Source of the DNA: an uncultured Acidobacteriota bacterium
GTDB taxonomy: Bacteria > Acidobacteriota > Terriglobia > Acidiferrales > UBA7541
DNA: 64,000 nucleotides
Direction of reading: 5' to 3'
Assembly (NCBI GenBank): GCA_963788915.1
Contig: CAWBIY010000001.1
Location: forward strand, 16,470-80,469
This document shows positions 1-11,057 of the stretch, in pieces. Every line of letters starts with the position of its first letter. Within the stretch, counting starts at the first letter, position 1. The notes beneath the pieces were generated by a model. The model was not told the origin of the DNA, ran no database searches, and saw only the letters and a program-made list of their open reading frames with translations. A program made the position numbers and the translations under genes.

Positions 1-1288
1 GAATCTCTTCGACGCGCGGGAGTTGCGCGGCGAGGGCGCGAAAAAGGCCGGATGCCCCGGCAGCGACCGAGAGACCAAGGACGGAGCCGATTAGAGCGAG
101 AAGAAACGTTTCCGTCAGCAATTGTCCGACGAGCGCACCGCGAGAAGCTCCCAGAGAGAAGCGAACGGAGATTTCGTGTTGACGCTGGGCGGCGCGAGAC
201 AAAAGGAGCGCAACAATATTCGTGCAGGCGATCAGCAAAAGCAGAGAGACAGAGCCGAAGAGCAGCCAGAGAGACCGGCGTGAATCCCCGACGGTGCTTT
301 CCTTGAGTGGCTGAATGCCAACGGAGAGACGCGCGTCGCTTTTCGGAAATTGTTGCCCCAGCTGAGCCTGCACGGTAGCCAGATTGGCGCGGGCTTGTTC
401 TACCATGACGCCGGACTTAAGACGACCAATCACCGTAAACCAGTTATTTTCCCGGGGCTCGCCGTAAGAAATGCCCGCAGGGATGGGGCACCACAAATCC
501 GCCTCACGATTTGGAAACAGGAAAGAGGCCGGCATTACGCCCACGATGGGGTACAGATGCCCATCAAGTCGCAGGTTTTTCCCGATGACGTATGGGTCAG
601 CGTTGAACCGGCGGCGCCAAAAACGGTCGCTAATAAGGACCGCATTCGGGCCGTTGAGGGCCTCCTCCTCCGGCATAAATTCCCGGCCCGGCGCGGGCAC
701 CACGCCCCAGACTTGAAAAAAACGCGGAGAAACCCAAGCACGCGTCACTTTCTCCGGCAGAGGGCCGGTGGATTCGGAGACGTCCTCGGTGTAGTAGCCG
801 GTGAGCGCTTGAAACGTGGAATTGAGACGATTCCAGTCCTCGAGACGCGCTGGAGCAACAAGGTTGAAAGGCCTCGGATTTTTCGGATCGTATTGGTCGA
901 TGCGCACCAGTTGATCGGCTTGTGGGAAAGGTAGCGGCTTCAAGAGGATGGCGTCGATGGCGGAGAAAACGGCGCTGTTGGCGCCAATGGCTAAAGCGAG
1001 AGTGAGGATGACGGTTAAGGAGAAAATGGGAGATTTACGGATGAAGCGGAAGGCGGATTTGAGATGGGCGAGAGTGCCGTCCAGGAGGTGGATGCGGTAG
1101 ACGTCGCGGACTTGTTCCTTCAGACTCTCGTGGCCGCCAAAATCGAGCTTGGCGCGCCGATGGGCTTCTTCGGGCGGCATGCCTGCCGCGATGTATTCCT
1201 CGGTGAGCTCGTCCATGTGGAAGCGAAGCTCGGAGTTCATTTGCTCATCGGAAGCGCGCTTGGGAAAAAGGGACTTCCACCAGGGCAT
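1..1288 (-). CDS. ABC transporter permease, ADOP (acidobacterial duplicated orphan permease)/MacB-FtsX family; 3' end runs off the window
   Basis: Manual translation from ATG 1288: MPWWKSLFPKRASDEQMNSELRFHMDEL...TLALAIGANSAVFSAIDAILLKPLPF...LLLLIACTNIVALLLSRAAQRQHEISVRFSLGASRG; lies directly downstream of PadR. Absent from the ORF track because there is no stop in the window. Confidence 0.92.
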   Translation of the reverse strand, partial: MPWWKSLFPKRASDEQMNSELRFHMDELTEEYIAAGMPPEEAHRRAKLDFGGHESLKEQVRDVYRIHLLDGTLAHLKSAFRFIRKSPIFSLTVILTLALAIGANSAVFSAIDAILLKPLPFPQADQLVRIDQYDPKNPRPFNLVAPARLEDWNRLNSTFQALTGYYTEDVSESTGPLPEKVTRAWVSPRFFQVWGVVPAPGREFMPEEEALNGPNAVLISDRFWRRRFNADPYVIGKNLRLDGHLYPIVGVMPASFLFPNREADLWCPIPAGISYGEPRENNWFTVIGRLKSGVMVEQARANLATVQAQLGQQFPKSDARLSVGIQPLKESTVGDSRRSLWLLFGSVSLLLLIACTNIVALLLSRAAQRQHEISVRFSLGASRGALVGQLLTETFLLALIGSVLGLSVAAGASGLFRALAAQLPRVEEI

Positions 1289-1297
1289 GACAGACTC

Positions 1298-1633
1298 CTA
1301 TTCCACGGTTTGCAGAATGTTGACCACCGCTCCTGCCAGCCTCTTCCAGTTCGATTCTTCGCTCGCCAGTTGCTTGCGGCCTTTCGGCGATAACTTGTAA
1401 AACTTCGCCTGCCGACCCTTTTCGGACTCGCCCCACTCAGCGGCAAGCCATCCTCGTTTTTCCAGGCGGTGCAAAGCGGGGTAGAGCGAACCTTGCTGCA
1501 CCTGAAGGACGTCTTGTGAGATTTGGCGGATACGGAGGGAGATACCGTAGCCATGCACGGGGCCCAGAGCGACGATTTTCAGGATGAGCATGTCCAGCGT
1601 TCCTTGGAGCAGGTCAGATTTTTCGATGGGCAT
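1298..1633 (-). CDS. PadR-family transcriptional regulator (acidobacterial type)
   Basis: LLQGTLDMLILK...HGYGI...QGSLYPALHRLE...W motif; canonical pairing with an ADOP permease. Confidence 0.95.
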   Translation of the reverse strand: MPIEKSDLLQGTLDMLILKIVALGPVHGYGISLRIRQISQDVLQVQQGSLYPALHRLEKRGWLAAEWGESEKGRQAKFYKLSPKGRKQLASEESNWKRLAGAVVNILQTVE

Positions 1634-1656
1634 TACGTCTCCTAGACAATCGACAT

Positions 1657-1685
1657 ATTAAAACGACGAATAGGTAGAATGTCAA
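1657..1685 (-). promoter_or_regulatory. Putative sigma70 promoter of the padR-permease operon
   Basis: TTGACA (1685-1680), 17-nt spacer, TTTAAT (1662-1657) on the minus strand. Confidence 0.55.
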
Positions 1686-1984
1686 GGAGAGAAGAAGCTG
1701 GCAAGCTCAACTCGGAAATTATCGGCCCGGTGAAAACGATCCAGCTATTGCCGAAGGCATTACATATCAGTTCGCTATGTTGCGTTTGGCGCGGCCGGTC
1801 GTGTTTTCAACGGCTGTCGCGACGGCCATTTGCACTTGCGCATTGCGGGCTTTGCTATCTGTCCAGAAACGGGGTCCGGGGAAGTTGGTACGCGTCGAGT
1901 CAACAAAGACAGATCGACTAAACTTTGCTCGCGGCGTTGCTGCAGCGTATCGTGTCTTCGTAACACGTCCTCACCCAGTTGTAG

Positions 1985-2737
1985 GTGAAAGTTCGGACTG
2001 AAAGGCCGTGCATGGCAGCCTCTCTAAAGGCCCGGATCGAAGCCAGCGAACCTGTGATGGTGCGCGTCCCAGGGGGTTGGTTCTGGATGGGCTGCGAAAT
2101 CGGGCGCGATGATGAAAAGCCTCTGCATCACGTCTGGGTGGATGCCTTCGAGCTTGCCGCTTACCAGGTCACGAACGAGGAGTACGCCTGCTTTCTTGCC
2201 GCAATGAGTTGTCCTCAGCCGTTTTGCTGGAACGATCCAAACTTCAATCACCCGAAGATGCCTGTCGTCGCGATATCGTGGCATGAGGCTGTGAAGTATT
2301 GCGAGTGGCTAAGTCGCACGACTTCCCAGTCCTATCGCTTGCCTAGCGAAGCCGAGTGGGAGCGCGCCGCTCGCGGCGGCGCCGAGGGTGCACTCTACTC
2401 GTGGGGAGACATGCCTCCCGAGCTGCTTCCCGATTACGCCCGGCGTTGGAAGAGTGGTCCTGAGCCGGTGGGTCTATATCCGCCAAACGCTTACGGGCTC
2501 TACAATCTGGGCGACAACGTGCACGAATGGTGTGTCGACTGGTACGACGCCGGATACTACAGCTACTCTCCCAAACGAAATCCGCAAGGGCCTGCCAACG
2601 CCGGTCGCCGAGCCTCGCGAGGTGGCTCCTGGCGGCACCACATCAAGGTTGCTCGCACTGCGGCGCGATCGAGTATTCCGCCAGAGTTCGAATACACCGA
2701 CTACGGTTTCAGAGTCGCGCGATCCTCGATCACCTGA
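1985..2737 (+). CDS. Formylglycine-generating-enzyme (FGE-sulfatase/SUMF1/EgtB-like) domain protein
   Basis: F.MG...DEKPLHHV, YRLPSEAEWERAARGG, NAYGLYNLGDNVHEWC, RGGSW, GFRVAR motifs; start may be a later ATG. Confidence 0.9.
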   Translation: MKVRTERPCMAASLKARIEASEPVMVRVPGGWFWMGCEIGRDDEKPLHHVWVDAFELAAYQVTNEEYACFLAAMSCPQPFCWNDPNFNHPKMPVVAISWHEAVKYCEWLSRTTSQSYRLPSEAEWERAARGGAEGALYSWGDMPPELLPDYARRWKSGPEPVGLYPPNAYGLYNLGDNVHEWCVDWYDAGYYSYSPKRNPQGPANAGRRASRGGSWRHHIKVARTAARSSIPPEFEYTDYGFRVARSSIT

Positions 2738-2814
2738 AACTGTTCTCGCGCCTTGCCTCGAAGACATCGCTCTCGAACGCCCATCATAATCGGGCAGGAC
2801 TGAAAAACACGCTC

Positions 2815-3192
2815 TCAGGGAAGTGATCCTCTTTCTGCGAGTTGGAGCTGGGGGAGAGGCGGTAGGGAAGGCTGCGGGACCGTTTCGAGGGCTTCGAGCC
2901 ATAGGCGGACAGCCGCGCGAAGCGGCGTGACAGCGATACCGGCGAAGGTCTCCGGATATCCGTCCAGACGGCGCAAGGCGGATCGCAACAGCGAGATGGT
3001 TCCGGCGCAGTTCCCGCGCTGAAAATGGTGGAAAGAAGCAGCGACCTGAATCAGCCCTTGCAGAAACGTCCTTTCCGGCTCTTGCGCCGCGAGCCACACC
3101 GATTCCCAATGTTCGTGAGCTTCGAAGAATGCGCCGGAATGAAAGCAGCGCAGGCCTTCGTGCAATTCTCCGTGGGTCCAATCGAGTGACAT
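2815..3192 (-). CDS. DUF309-family protein
   Basis: FFEAHEHWESVW...FLQGLIQVAASFHH motif; start set at ATG 3192. Confidence 0.85.
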   Translation of the reverse strand: MSLDWTHGELHEGLRCFHSGAFFEAHEHWESVWLAAQEPERTFLQGLIQVAASFHHFQRGNCAGTISLLRSALRRLDGYPETFAGIAVTPLRAAVRLWLEALETVPQPSLPPLPQLQLAERGSLP

Positions 3193-3439
3193 GGGGGCTG
3201 CGAAACGTGAATCAGTTTCGGCCGGCAGGAATCCTAGCAGGATGTGGAGCTCCTGCGTACCATGCAATGCTTGAGCAGCTGGTAGCCGCCGGTAGGCCAG
3301 CATCCCGGAAGGCGACTTCAAGCGCGCCACGGGAGACTCACGCGTGCGAGTAGCGTTACTCAAGTGGGTCGATTCCGAGTAGCCCGCCATCCGCCCGCAA
3401 TCGGTAGCAATAACCAATGGAGCTTCCAACTGCACAGAA

Positions 3440-3875
3440 GCGGACTTCTTTCCCTGAAAGAATCCAGCGGGCGTTCCGGGACAGGATTCAAGCACAGCCG
3501 GGTTCGGGGACTGCTGGTGATCAGTGAGATTGCATTGGCGGTGATATTGCTCGCCGGTGCTGCGCTGATGATTCGCACGTTTGCCGGGCTGCGCTCAGTC
3601 AAGTCGGGAATTGATCCTTCCAACGTGCTTACCCTGAGGACCGCGATTTCCGGGAGCCGCTACGGCAGCACCACGCAAGTGGAGAACATGGTGCGGCAGG
3701 CAACGGAACGCATCCAGGCCTTGCCGGGCGTTGGTGTAGCTGCCTGCGCGGTCTCTGTGCCGATGGACCAGGTGGGCATCGACTTGCCATTCAGCATTGA
3801 GGGCCATACGCCGAAGAGCGGCGAAAAATGGGAGGGCGACGAGTATTGGCGGTTTGTTTCGCCTGGATATTACCG
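3440..3875 (+). pseudogene. Internal fragment of a second ADOP-family permease
   Basis: SLKESSGRSGTG...RGLLVISEIALAVILLAGAALMIRTF...LPGV; neither end of the permease is present. Confidence 0.8.
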
Positions 3876-3931
3876 GCACCAAGGCCGCTTGGTCGCCGTG
3901 CGCACCATTCGCCTGCGCCTGTGAGATCCCG

Positions 3932-4615
3932 ATGCCGCACAAATTTGTCTCCCAAAGAACTCTTGTTACCGTGATGCGTGCGCTTCGAGATCATGGAACG
4001 GCCGCTGACGAATTGGAGGAGCCGCCCAATTTCGTCGAACTCCTCTACGCGAATGATTTCCCTGACTGGTTCGTCATCCACGCGAGGAGCGAATATAGTC
4101 TTGATTGGCGCGAGATTTTGCCCGCCGTACGCAACACACGGTTTTTCTTCCCTCACACCTACTTCGGCGGACCCGGGGCAAATATCACGGGGAAACAGTA
4201 TCTCAGCAAAGAGGAAGCAGCCGAGACAGGGGAGTGGCTTTTGCAGCGGCTCGCGGCGTTGGCGTCGACGCTTCCAGAAGGCGAGGAGGTCCAGCGGTCT
4301 CTGGAGCTTGACGGGTTTCAGGTCGATCAGAAAAGTCTTCGACTGATGCAGCTGGATTCGGTCACCAGCCAGAGGGAAGAGGAAGAACGCGTTGTCGCTC
4401 TCGTGAATCAGAGCGGTCTCCCGGATTCCGCCGTGATCTTGAGGCATTTGCGGGATGCGCGTGATCACTTTGTGCAACAGAAGGACCACTCATCGATCGG
4501 AGAAGCGCGGAATTTTGTACAACCGCTTCTTGACCGGTCGGTGCCGCGTGGGGGTTTCTCTCAGCGGGCAATCACCCGGGAATTCCGAATCGCGATGAGG
4601 CACGGATCGCGTTGA
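3932..4615 (+). CDS. Hypothetical protein, probably C-terminally truncated; weakly reminiscent of Abi-associated domains
   Basis: Long ORF with protein-like composition (SLELDGF...HLRDARDHF...EARNF); tail looks non-coding. Confidence 0.45.
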   Translation: MPHKFVSQRTLVTVMRALRDHGTAADELEEPPNFVELLYANDFPDWFVIHARSEYSLDWREILPAVRNTRFFFPHTYFGGPGANITGKQYLSKEEAAETGEWLLQRLAALASTLPEGEEVQRSLELDGFQVDQKSLRLMQLDSVTSQREEEERVVALVNQSGLPDSAVILRHLRDARDHFVQQKDHSSIGEARNFVQPLLDRSVPRGGFSQRAITREFRIAMRHGSR

Positions 4616-4883
4616 TCCTGAGTTTGGAGTTCGGCGTCATGCTTCTCCTGAAATTCTCGAATTGGAAATCGAACGCGTGCAGAAGCTTCAGTTGAAGCTA
4701 TAGGTAAGCGGCGACTGGAACTTATTGGGTGGACGTTCGGGTGGTGCTGGGGGGGCCGGCATGCACGATGCTGCCACAGGCGTATTTCAGAGTTGAGATG
4801 GCCGCGTGAGCTTGTGTGGCCGAGCGAGAATGGCTGGAACCACTCGTGCTATCCTTCCTCCCACGTTCGCTCAAGGGCATGCA

Positions 4884-5078
4884 ATGTTTCGGTCCGACCC
4901 CCTCGACCTTGGACCTCTCCGCGCACACGTCCGCGCGATGAATGATTCCGAACTCCTGCGATTCGGCCTCGCCGCCAGGCATGCGTGTGCACCGGACAAA
5001 AACCAAGGCAGACCACCACTCGTTCTTTTCTCTCAGCAACTTGAAGCCGCCGGAAGGAATGGTGCCGCCGGCGACTGA
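4884..5078 (+). pseudogene. Small helical protein family (LR..M.D.EL.RFG...EAR.EW.RR), copy 1
   Basis: LRAHVRAMNDSELLRFGLAAR; the conserved EARKEWCRRR tail is in another frame (2-nt shift near 5048). Confidence 0.55.
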
Positions 5079-5315
5079 CGGCTCTCTGAACAAATCGGTA
5101 TAACTCGGACAAAGCCAAACCGGCCACGACGACATACACGGTCACAGCAATGATGTTATCCACGAGACCCATCGCGCCCAGGGAGGCTTTGGACTTGCGC
5201 TTAGACCTGGCCCGCATATCCCCACGATACTGAAGCCGGGAATTGATGCTACTGGCCAAAGGGAGCATTTTGGGGCAATGCCGGGCGAGACTTTTCGAGT
5301 CTCAACTCGTGACGT

Positions 5316-5557
5316 TCAGCGTCTAGGTAGCACACTGAAACTGATTGCGACCCGTTGCTTTTTAGCCGGATGTCGCCGGCGCCACTCCGCCCTCGCCTCT
5401 TCAACTTCCACGAGGTATGGCACCGTCGCACAGAAGAAGTTCATCTTGGGGTCCGACAGCTTACGTGCTTGCTGCCCGAAACGGCGTGACTCAGGTCGGA
5501 CATTTGTCGTAAGCGTTCGCGGAGTTCTTCGGGGCTCTCTGGTCTTAGTTGAATCAA
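5316..5557 (-). pseudogene. Same small protein family, copy 2
   Basis: TTG start, IQLRPESPEELRERLRQMSDL, frameshift, then RRFGQQARKL...EEARAEWRRRHP. Confidence 0.6.
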
Positions 5558-5713
5558 GGCTGGCCTCCCTTGTTGTCATATTGGGGAGGAAACGGGACGA
5601 CAGAATAGCACGACCATCTGTGGGATGGGTGGGCGGACTGCGCTCCGTATACCCTTTTTGCCGCCGTCTGGAAAGTGCGTTACGACAAATTGAGTTAGAC
5701 TGATTTTAAGGGC

Positions 5714-6047
5714 ATGACTCTCAAGGATCTTGAAACTCGGATCGATCAGTTGGTTGCTCAGGCTGAGACGGCGTTAAGGAACGCCAGGGTCGGTCATTAT
5801 TCCCAGACCCCGGCCATGCAGCCTCAGGACTGGGCAGCACTCCGCGCAGCGGCGCTTGCGTTCATAGAATCAACCTTCGGGCGCGAGCACAGTTACTGCG
5901 GAGAATTTCACAAGAGAGTGGCCAGCGCCTGGGAGTCTGACGGGAAGGAACAAAGCGGCCCACGGCAAGTATTCCGAGTATACGATCGAACAGGTCGTTC
6001 TGATGCTTGCCGGCGTTCGCGATTTCATTTCTCGGATTCGACCCTGA
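5714..6047 (+). pseudogene. Internally deleted HEPN (DUF4145-like) protein
   Basis: N-terminus ...FIESTFGREHSY..F (5714-5945) joined out of frame to RNKAAHGKYSEYTIEQVVLMLAGVRDFISRIRP* (5946-6047), which carries an Rx4H HEPN motif. Confidence 0.6.
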
Positions 6048-7555
6048 ATTCATCCCTCCGGGCTCTCCTGCTCGCAGGTGTGTGTGTTGCGTTGCTGCTG
6101 ATTGCCTGCGGCAAGAAAGAAGCTACGCCACAAGGTACCGACCAGACCAAGCAACAAAGAGATGCCTCCGGTCCGACACGGTCCACTGCGACGAATGCTC
6201 TGTTGTTACCGCTTCACTTCGAGCACCACACCGCCGATCTCGACGAAATGGTGAAGAGGCGCAACATCCGTGCGCTTGTCATTCTTAATCCCATCGGCTT
6301 CTTTTATGACAAGGGACGGCCCCGAGGCGCCATCTATGAATCGCTGGAAGAGTTCCAGAGGTTTGCCAACAAGAAGCTTAAGACTGGACCCGTGCAGCTG
6401 AAAGTCACATACCTGCCGGTCGCACCGCCTCAAGCGGAAGCCGCCCTCAGCGAAGGAATGGGGGACTTCGTCGCGAACGCCATTGCTGTCACTCCTGAGC
6501 GTGAGAAGCGGTTTGCCTTTTCCGTCCCTATTCAGACCAATGTGACCTGGATCGTAGTGAGCGGACCCGGGTTCGGCTCGTTTTCCACCCTCGACGAACT
6601 TGCAGGGAAGGAAATCTATGTCAATCCGCTCACGCTCGCCTACCAGGAACTGCGGAAGTTGAACGACGCGCTGCAGAAAGCAGGCAAGACGCCTATACAC
6701 GTTCGGGAAGCTGACAAGAATCTTACCGACGACGATCTGGTCCAGATGGTCAACGCCGGCCTGATCCCCGCCACCATCACCACGCGGGAGCGCGCCGAAC
6801 TGTGGTCAAAGGTCTTCGATAATTTGAGGGCGTATCCCGACGTACCGCTCGTCACTGAGGGACAAACCGCGATGGTTATGCGCAAGAACAATCCCCAGCT
6901 CAAACAGCTTCTGGATGAATTCGTCGCCGGCCATGGAGTTGGTACGTCTTTTGGAAACACGCTTTTGCGTCGCTACCTGAAGAATACCAAGTGGGTGAAA
7001 AATTCCACCTCCGGCAAAGAGATGGAAAAGTTTCGTGCCACCATCGCGCTGTTTCAGAAATATGCCGCGCAATACGATTTTGATTACCTGATGCTGGCCG
7101 CACAAGGCTACCAGGAATCCATGCTGAACCAGAACCTGCGCAGCCGGCGGGGTGCGGTGGGCATCATGCAGGTCATGCCCAAATACGCCGCAGCCCCACC
7201 TATTAACATCGCCAACGTGGGCAGAACCGACGCCAACATTCACGCAGGGGTTAAGATGTTGCGCAACATCGCCGACACCTATTTCAGCGACCCCAAGCTG
7301 AATCCTGTCGACCGCACGATGTTCGTCTTTGCCAGCTACAATGCTGGCCCGACCCGCGTCGCCCGCCTGCGCAAGCAGGCCGCAGAACGCGGACTCAATC
7401 CTGATGTCTGGTTCGAAAACGTTGAACTGATAGCCGCCCAGGACATCGGGCAGGAAACCGTCACCTACGTCCGAAACATTTACAAATACTACGTAGCCTA
7501 CAAGCTGGCCGTCGAACAGACAGGGCTACGGCAGAAGACGGCGAAAGGCAAATGA
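6044..7555 (+). CDS. mltF: MltF-like membrane-bound lytic transglycosylase (substrate-binding domain + SLT domain), lipoprotein
   Basis: Lipobox LLIAC; SLT motifs YQESMLNQ, GAVGIMQVMP, ASYNAGP, ETVTYV; true start uncertain (possibly CTG 6044). Confidence 0.8.
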   Translation: MNSSLRALLLAGVCVALLLIACGKKEATPQGTDQTKQQRDASGPTRSTATNALLLPLHFEHHTADLDEMVKRRNIRALVILNPIGFFYDKGRPRGAIYESLEEFQRFANKKLKTGPVQLKVTYLPVAPPQAEAALSEGMGDFVANAIAVTPEREKRFAFSVPIQTNVTWIVVSGPGFGSFSTLDELAGKEIYVNPLTLAYQELRKLNDALQKAGKTPIHVREADKNLTDDDLVQMVNAGLIPATITTRERAELWSKVFDNLRAYPDVPLVTEGQTAMVMRKNNPQLKQLLDEFVAGHGVGTSFGNTLLRRYLKNTKWVKNSTSGKEMEKFRATIALFQKYAAQYDFDYLMLAAQGYQESMLNQNLRSRRGAVGIMQVMPKYAAAPPINIANVGRTDANIHAGVKMLRNIADTYFSDPKLNPVDRTMFVFASYNAGPTRVARLRKQAAERGLNPDVWFENVELIAAQDIGQETVTYVRNIYKYYVAYKLAVEQTGLRQKTAKGK

Positions 7556-7895
7556 CGCCCGGGTTCCTCGGCCCGCGCGGCGCGGATCGTTGGGCATGCG
7601 TAAACCGCAAGGGATCCGTCCCACATCAATTTCGATACTTGTTGTAACAAGGCGTTACACAAGTGATCGGGATTACTTGCTGGTTGGGGTGTTCATAGTG
7701 GTCACCGGAGTTTTGATTATCTTGGTTCTCCGGGAGGAGCGACGACGCCCTTTGAATCTGGCGGACCGGACAAAACACTCTCAGTCGCTCGGATTACTGT
7801 TGTTAACGGGCGATAGCGCTCACGACCCGGACTGGTTTCGGATTCTGGGCGGATGGCGGGCAACCCGGAGAGCGCCGGGATAAACCGGCATGTTG

Positions 7896-9897
7896 GTGTG
7901 TCCAAGGAAGGCTGGCGTATTCAGTGAGGAAGAGTCTCACCAGGGCAAAAGCCAGAGCCCTGTAGCTTGGATAGCAAGGAGGAAGGAAACTGAATCCTGA
8001 AAGCCTATCGACAAAGCCATCTCTCGGATGGTGAGCGAGTCATCGGGCCGTAACGAAAGTGAACGCAGAAATGGCCTCGAAACGGGAGCCCCAGAGGCCG
8101 AGCCTTCCTTCATGAGGCGAAGGCAACATGGATCGTCGCAGACTGACTGAAGCGGCGAGACACTCTGGCGGGGTTATAGCGACAGCACGATGACAAGGAT
8201 GCGCAAAGCAACTGGAGAAACCCTCCTCGTCCCGCTGAGAAATTGGTGGAGAAAAGGAAACCGTATAACCGGAGACACCGGGAAGTCGGTGGAACGACGA
8301 GAGGGTGGCGGAGGGGTCTGTAGTAGCTGCGAAGCGGGGTAATGCCCGTGGAGCGAAGAGACCCTGCTGTTTGCAACGACTCCAACAAAAAGGAAGGCAA
8401 GGGTGAGATGACAAAGGCACCCATCTGTTTGCAAGACCTGAGGAGGAGTCTATACGTCAAGGCGAAGGCTGAACCAACTTGGCGTTTCTGGGGACTGTAC
8501 GTTCATGTCTGCAAGATGGAAACGCTACACGAAGCCTACCAGGCGGCAAAGAAGAACAATGGAGCACCGGGAATTGACGGTGTCACGTTCGATGCCCATC
8601 AAAGAGGGTGGAGTGGAAAGTTTTCTTCGGCAGATTAAAGACGAATTAGTCTCAAACACGTATCGGCCCATGGGGTTACGAAAGAAGGAGATACCGAAGG
8701 ACGGCGGCAAAGTCCGCATTCTTTCGATTCCGTCAATTCGTGACCGTGTGGTCCAGGGAGCTCTTAAGCTCATTCTGGAACCGATCTTCGAAGCTGACTT
8801 TCAATCGGGATCGTATGGATATCGACCCAAACGAACTGCACATGAAGCGGTGAACCGCGTGGCACACGCAATCGTCGAGGAGAAGACTCGAATCATCGAC
8901 ATCGATCTCCGCGCCTACTTTGACAATGTTCAGCACTCGCTGCTGTTGGAGAAGGTAGCGCAAAGGATAAAGGATGGAGAGGTGATGCATCTTCTCAAGA
9001 TGATTGTGAAAGCGACGGGGAAGAAGGGAGTTCCGCAAGGTGGGGTGATATCGCCTTTGCTCAGCAACCTCTACCTCAACGAGGTGGATCGGATGCTAGA
9101 GAAGGCGACCGCTACCACGCGACGCGGAAAATACACCCACGTTCAATACGCACGTTTTGCGGATGACCTGGTGATATTGCTGGACTCCCATCCGCGGCAT
9201 GGATGGCTCGTGAAAGCGGTAGAAAAACGATTGCGAGAGGAGCTGGCCAAACTCAACGTGACGATCAATGAAGAGAAGAGTCGGACGGTGAATTTATCGA
9301 AGGGAGAAAGCTTCAGTTTCCTGGGCTTCGAATATCGTCTCATCTTAAGTCGCAATCAGATGTGGCGACCGCAGTACACGCCCAGGTTGAAGAAGCGTAA
9401 GGCGCTATTCGTAAAGCTCCGAGAGATCTTCCGACGATTCATGAGCCAACCCATGGAGCGAGTGATCGAGTTGATCAACCCGATGTTGCGGGGATGGGTG
9501 AACTACTTTGCAGTGGGGCACTCAAGCCGGTGCTTCGCGTTCGTCAAAGACTGGGTAGAGAAGAAGATTCGACGGCACCTGATGCGATCCCGGAAACGCC
9601 CAGGGTTCGGCTGGAAAAGGTGGAGTAAGACGTGGTTCTACGAGGGGCTGGGACTTTATAACGGTTACCGGCTTCACCGACTAGTACCACTGCCGAAAGC
9701 CTCTCCTGCTGGAGCGGTCTCATAACCCTTGACTAGAAGCGAGCAGGTAAGCCCATTGCTGGAAATCGGCACGATGGGTTTGATGAGGCGGGGGCTGGAA
9801 ACGAGCTTACGGTTCAGCTAGTGAGGCACTCCCAGAGGAAACGGGGAGCAACTGATAGGCTGCACCTTCGGAGTATCGCGCCAGTCCTCGACCCAAC
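7896..9897 (+). mobile_element. Inner group II intron 1, inserted in domain I of the outer intron
   Basis: Starts GTGTG, RT/maturase ORF, DV AAGCCCATTGCTGGAAATCGGCACGATGGGTTT (about 9749-9782), ends CCCAAC; removal restores the hairpin TG|TAGGG...CCCTACA. Confidence 0.88.
8408..9725 (+). pseudogene. ltrA: Group II intron reverse transcriptase/maturase (no En domain), +1 frameshift near 8597
   Basis: MTKAPICLQDLRR...GAPGIDGVTF / IPSIRDRVVQ, PQGGVISPLL, YARFADD, FLGF, LRGWVNYF. Confidence 0.88.
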
Positions 9898-10390
9898 TAG
9901 GGGATGCAAGAGCCCTACAGGAAAGGAAGTAGCGAATCCATCCTGACCTCGAGTCTTGCTGGGGACATCGCGAGGTGTCTCTTGAAGCGTAGACAGAGGC
10001 ATCGGTGGGCGGGGCGATTGAGCTGCGAAAAGCCCGTAGATCAGGATGCCGACTTCATTCCGAGTGAGAGGAAGGCAACACGGCAGCCACGCTAAACGCG
10101 AGTGGACTGTCGGTCCTGCGTAGTCTAAGAACCCGCGCACGCTGAGAAACAACATGCACGAGAACCGGGAGATCTCCAGCACGCCTTGGTCTGACGATCA
10201 AGGCCGGTCCGCGAAGGCCACAAGCCCCAATGCGGACAGGCACGTGCCGGAGAAGTCGGACGGTGTCGTTGTACCTGTGAACCAGCCGAACCAGGGAGGG
10301 AAACCTTCCGCGGAGGTTGGGGAGGGAAGGGCACAGACGAGGGAGAACATCGTTCAATCGCACAGGCACCCGACACAGAGCGGGAAGCGC

Positions 10391-11015
10391 ATGTCCCAGG
10401 GGTTGGACGGTGTGCGGAAGGCAGCAAAGGAGAGAAAGCAGGAGCGGTTCACCGCTTTGCTCCACCATCTCAATGTTGATCTACTCCGCGACAGCTTCTA
10501 CGCGCTTCAGCGTAAGGCTTCGCCCGGAGTAGACGGCGTAACGTGGCAGGAGTATGAAACCGGGCTGGAGGATCGACTCGTCGAAGCAGCGGGGAGAGGG
10601 AAAGCCAGAGACCTTCACGTTCCTGGGCTTCACCCACTTCTGTGGGCAGCGCCACACGAGCGGAACCTTCACCGTATGGCGGATTACTGCGAAAAAGCGA
10701 ATGGTTTCGAAGCTTAAAGCCATTAAGGTTGAGCTTCAACGCCGGATGCATGATCGCAACGCCGATGTTGGTGCTTGGCTCTGGAAAGTGGTGCTGGGAT
10801 ATTACCAATACCACGCTGTTCCTGGGAACACGACTCAGTTGCGCATCTTCAAACTTCGCGTGTGCAGGCTGTGGCAGAGTGTTCTGGTCCGCCGTAGTCA
10901 ACGCGCAAAGATGTGTTGGGAACGTTTTACCCCAGTCCTGAACCGGTGGATTCCTCCACCCCGAGTTCTGCACCCCTATCCTGACGCACGCTTTTACGCC
11001 ACTCATCCTTCGTAA
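10391..11015 (+). pseudogene. IEP of the outer intron with the RT core deleted
   Basis: N-terminus (RFTALLHH...ASPGVDGVTW...EDRLV) joined out of frame at about 10583 to the RT7/X region (ETFTFLGFTH...GYYQYHAVPGN...HPYP); no PQG or YADD motif. Confidence 0.85.
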
Positions 11016-11057
11016 GAGCCGTATGCGTGGACGCGCCAGTACGGATCTGTGCGGGGG

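Noticed and set aside
7808-7876. GGGCG at 7808 or 7847 as the 5' end of the outer intron
   Set aside because: Domain I basal pairing points to about 7877-7885; the upstream candidates cannot be excluded but are unsupported
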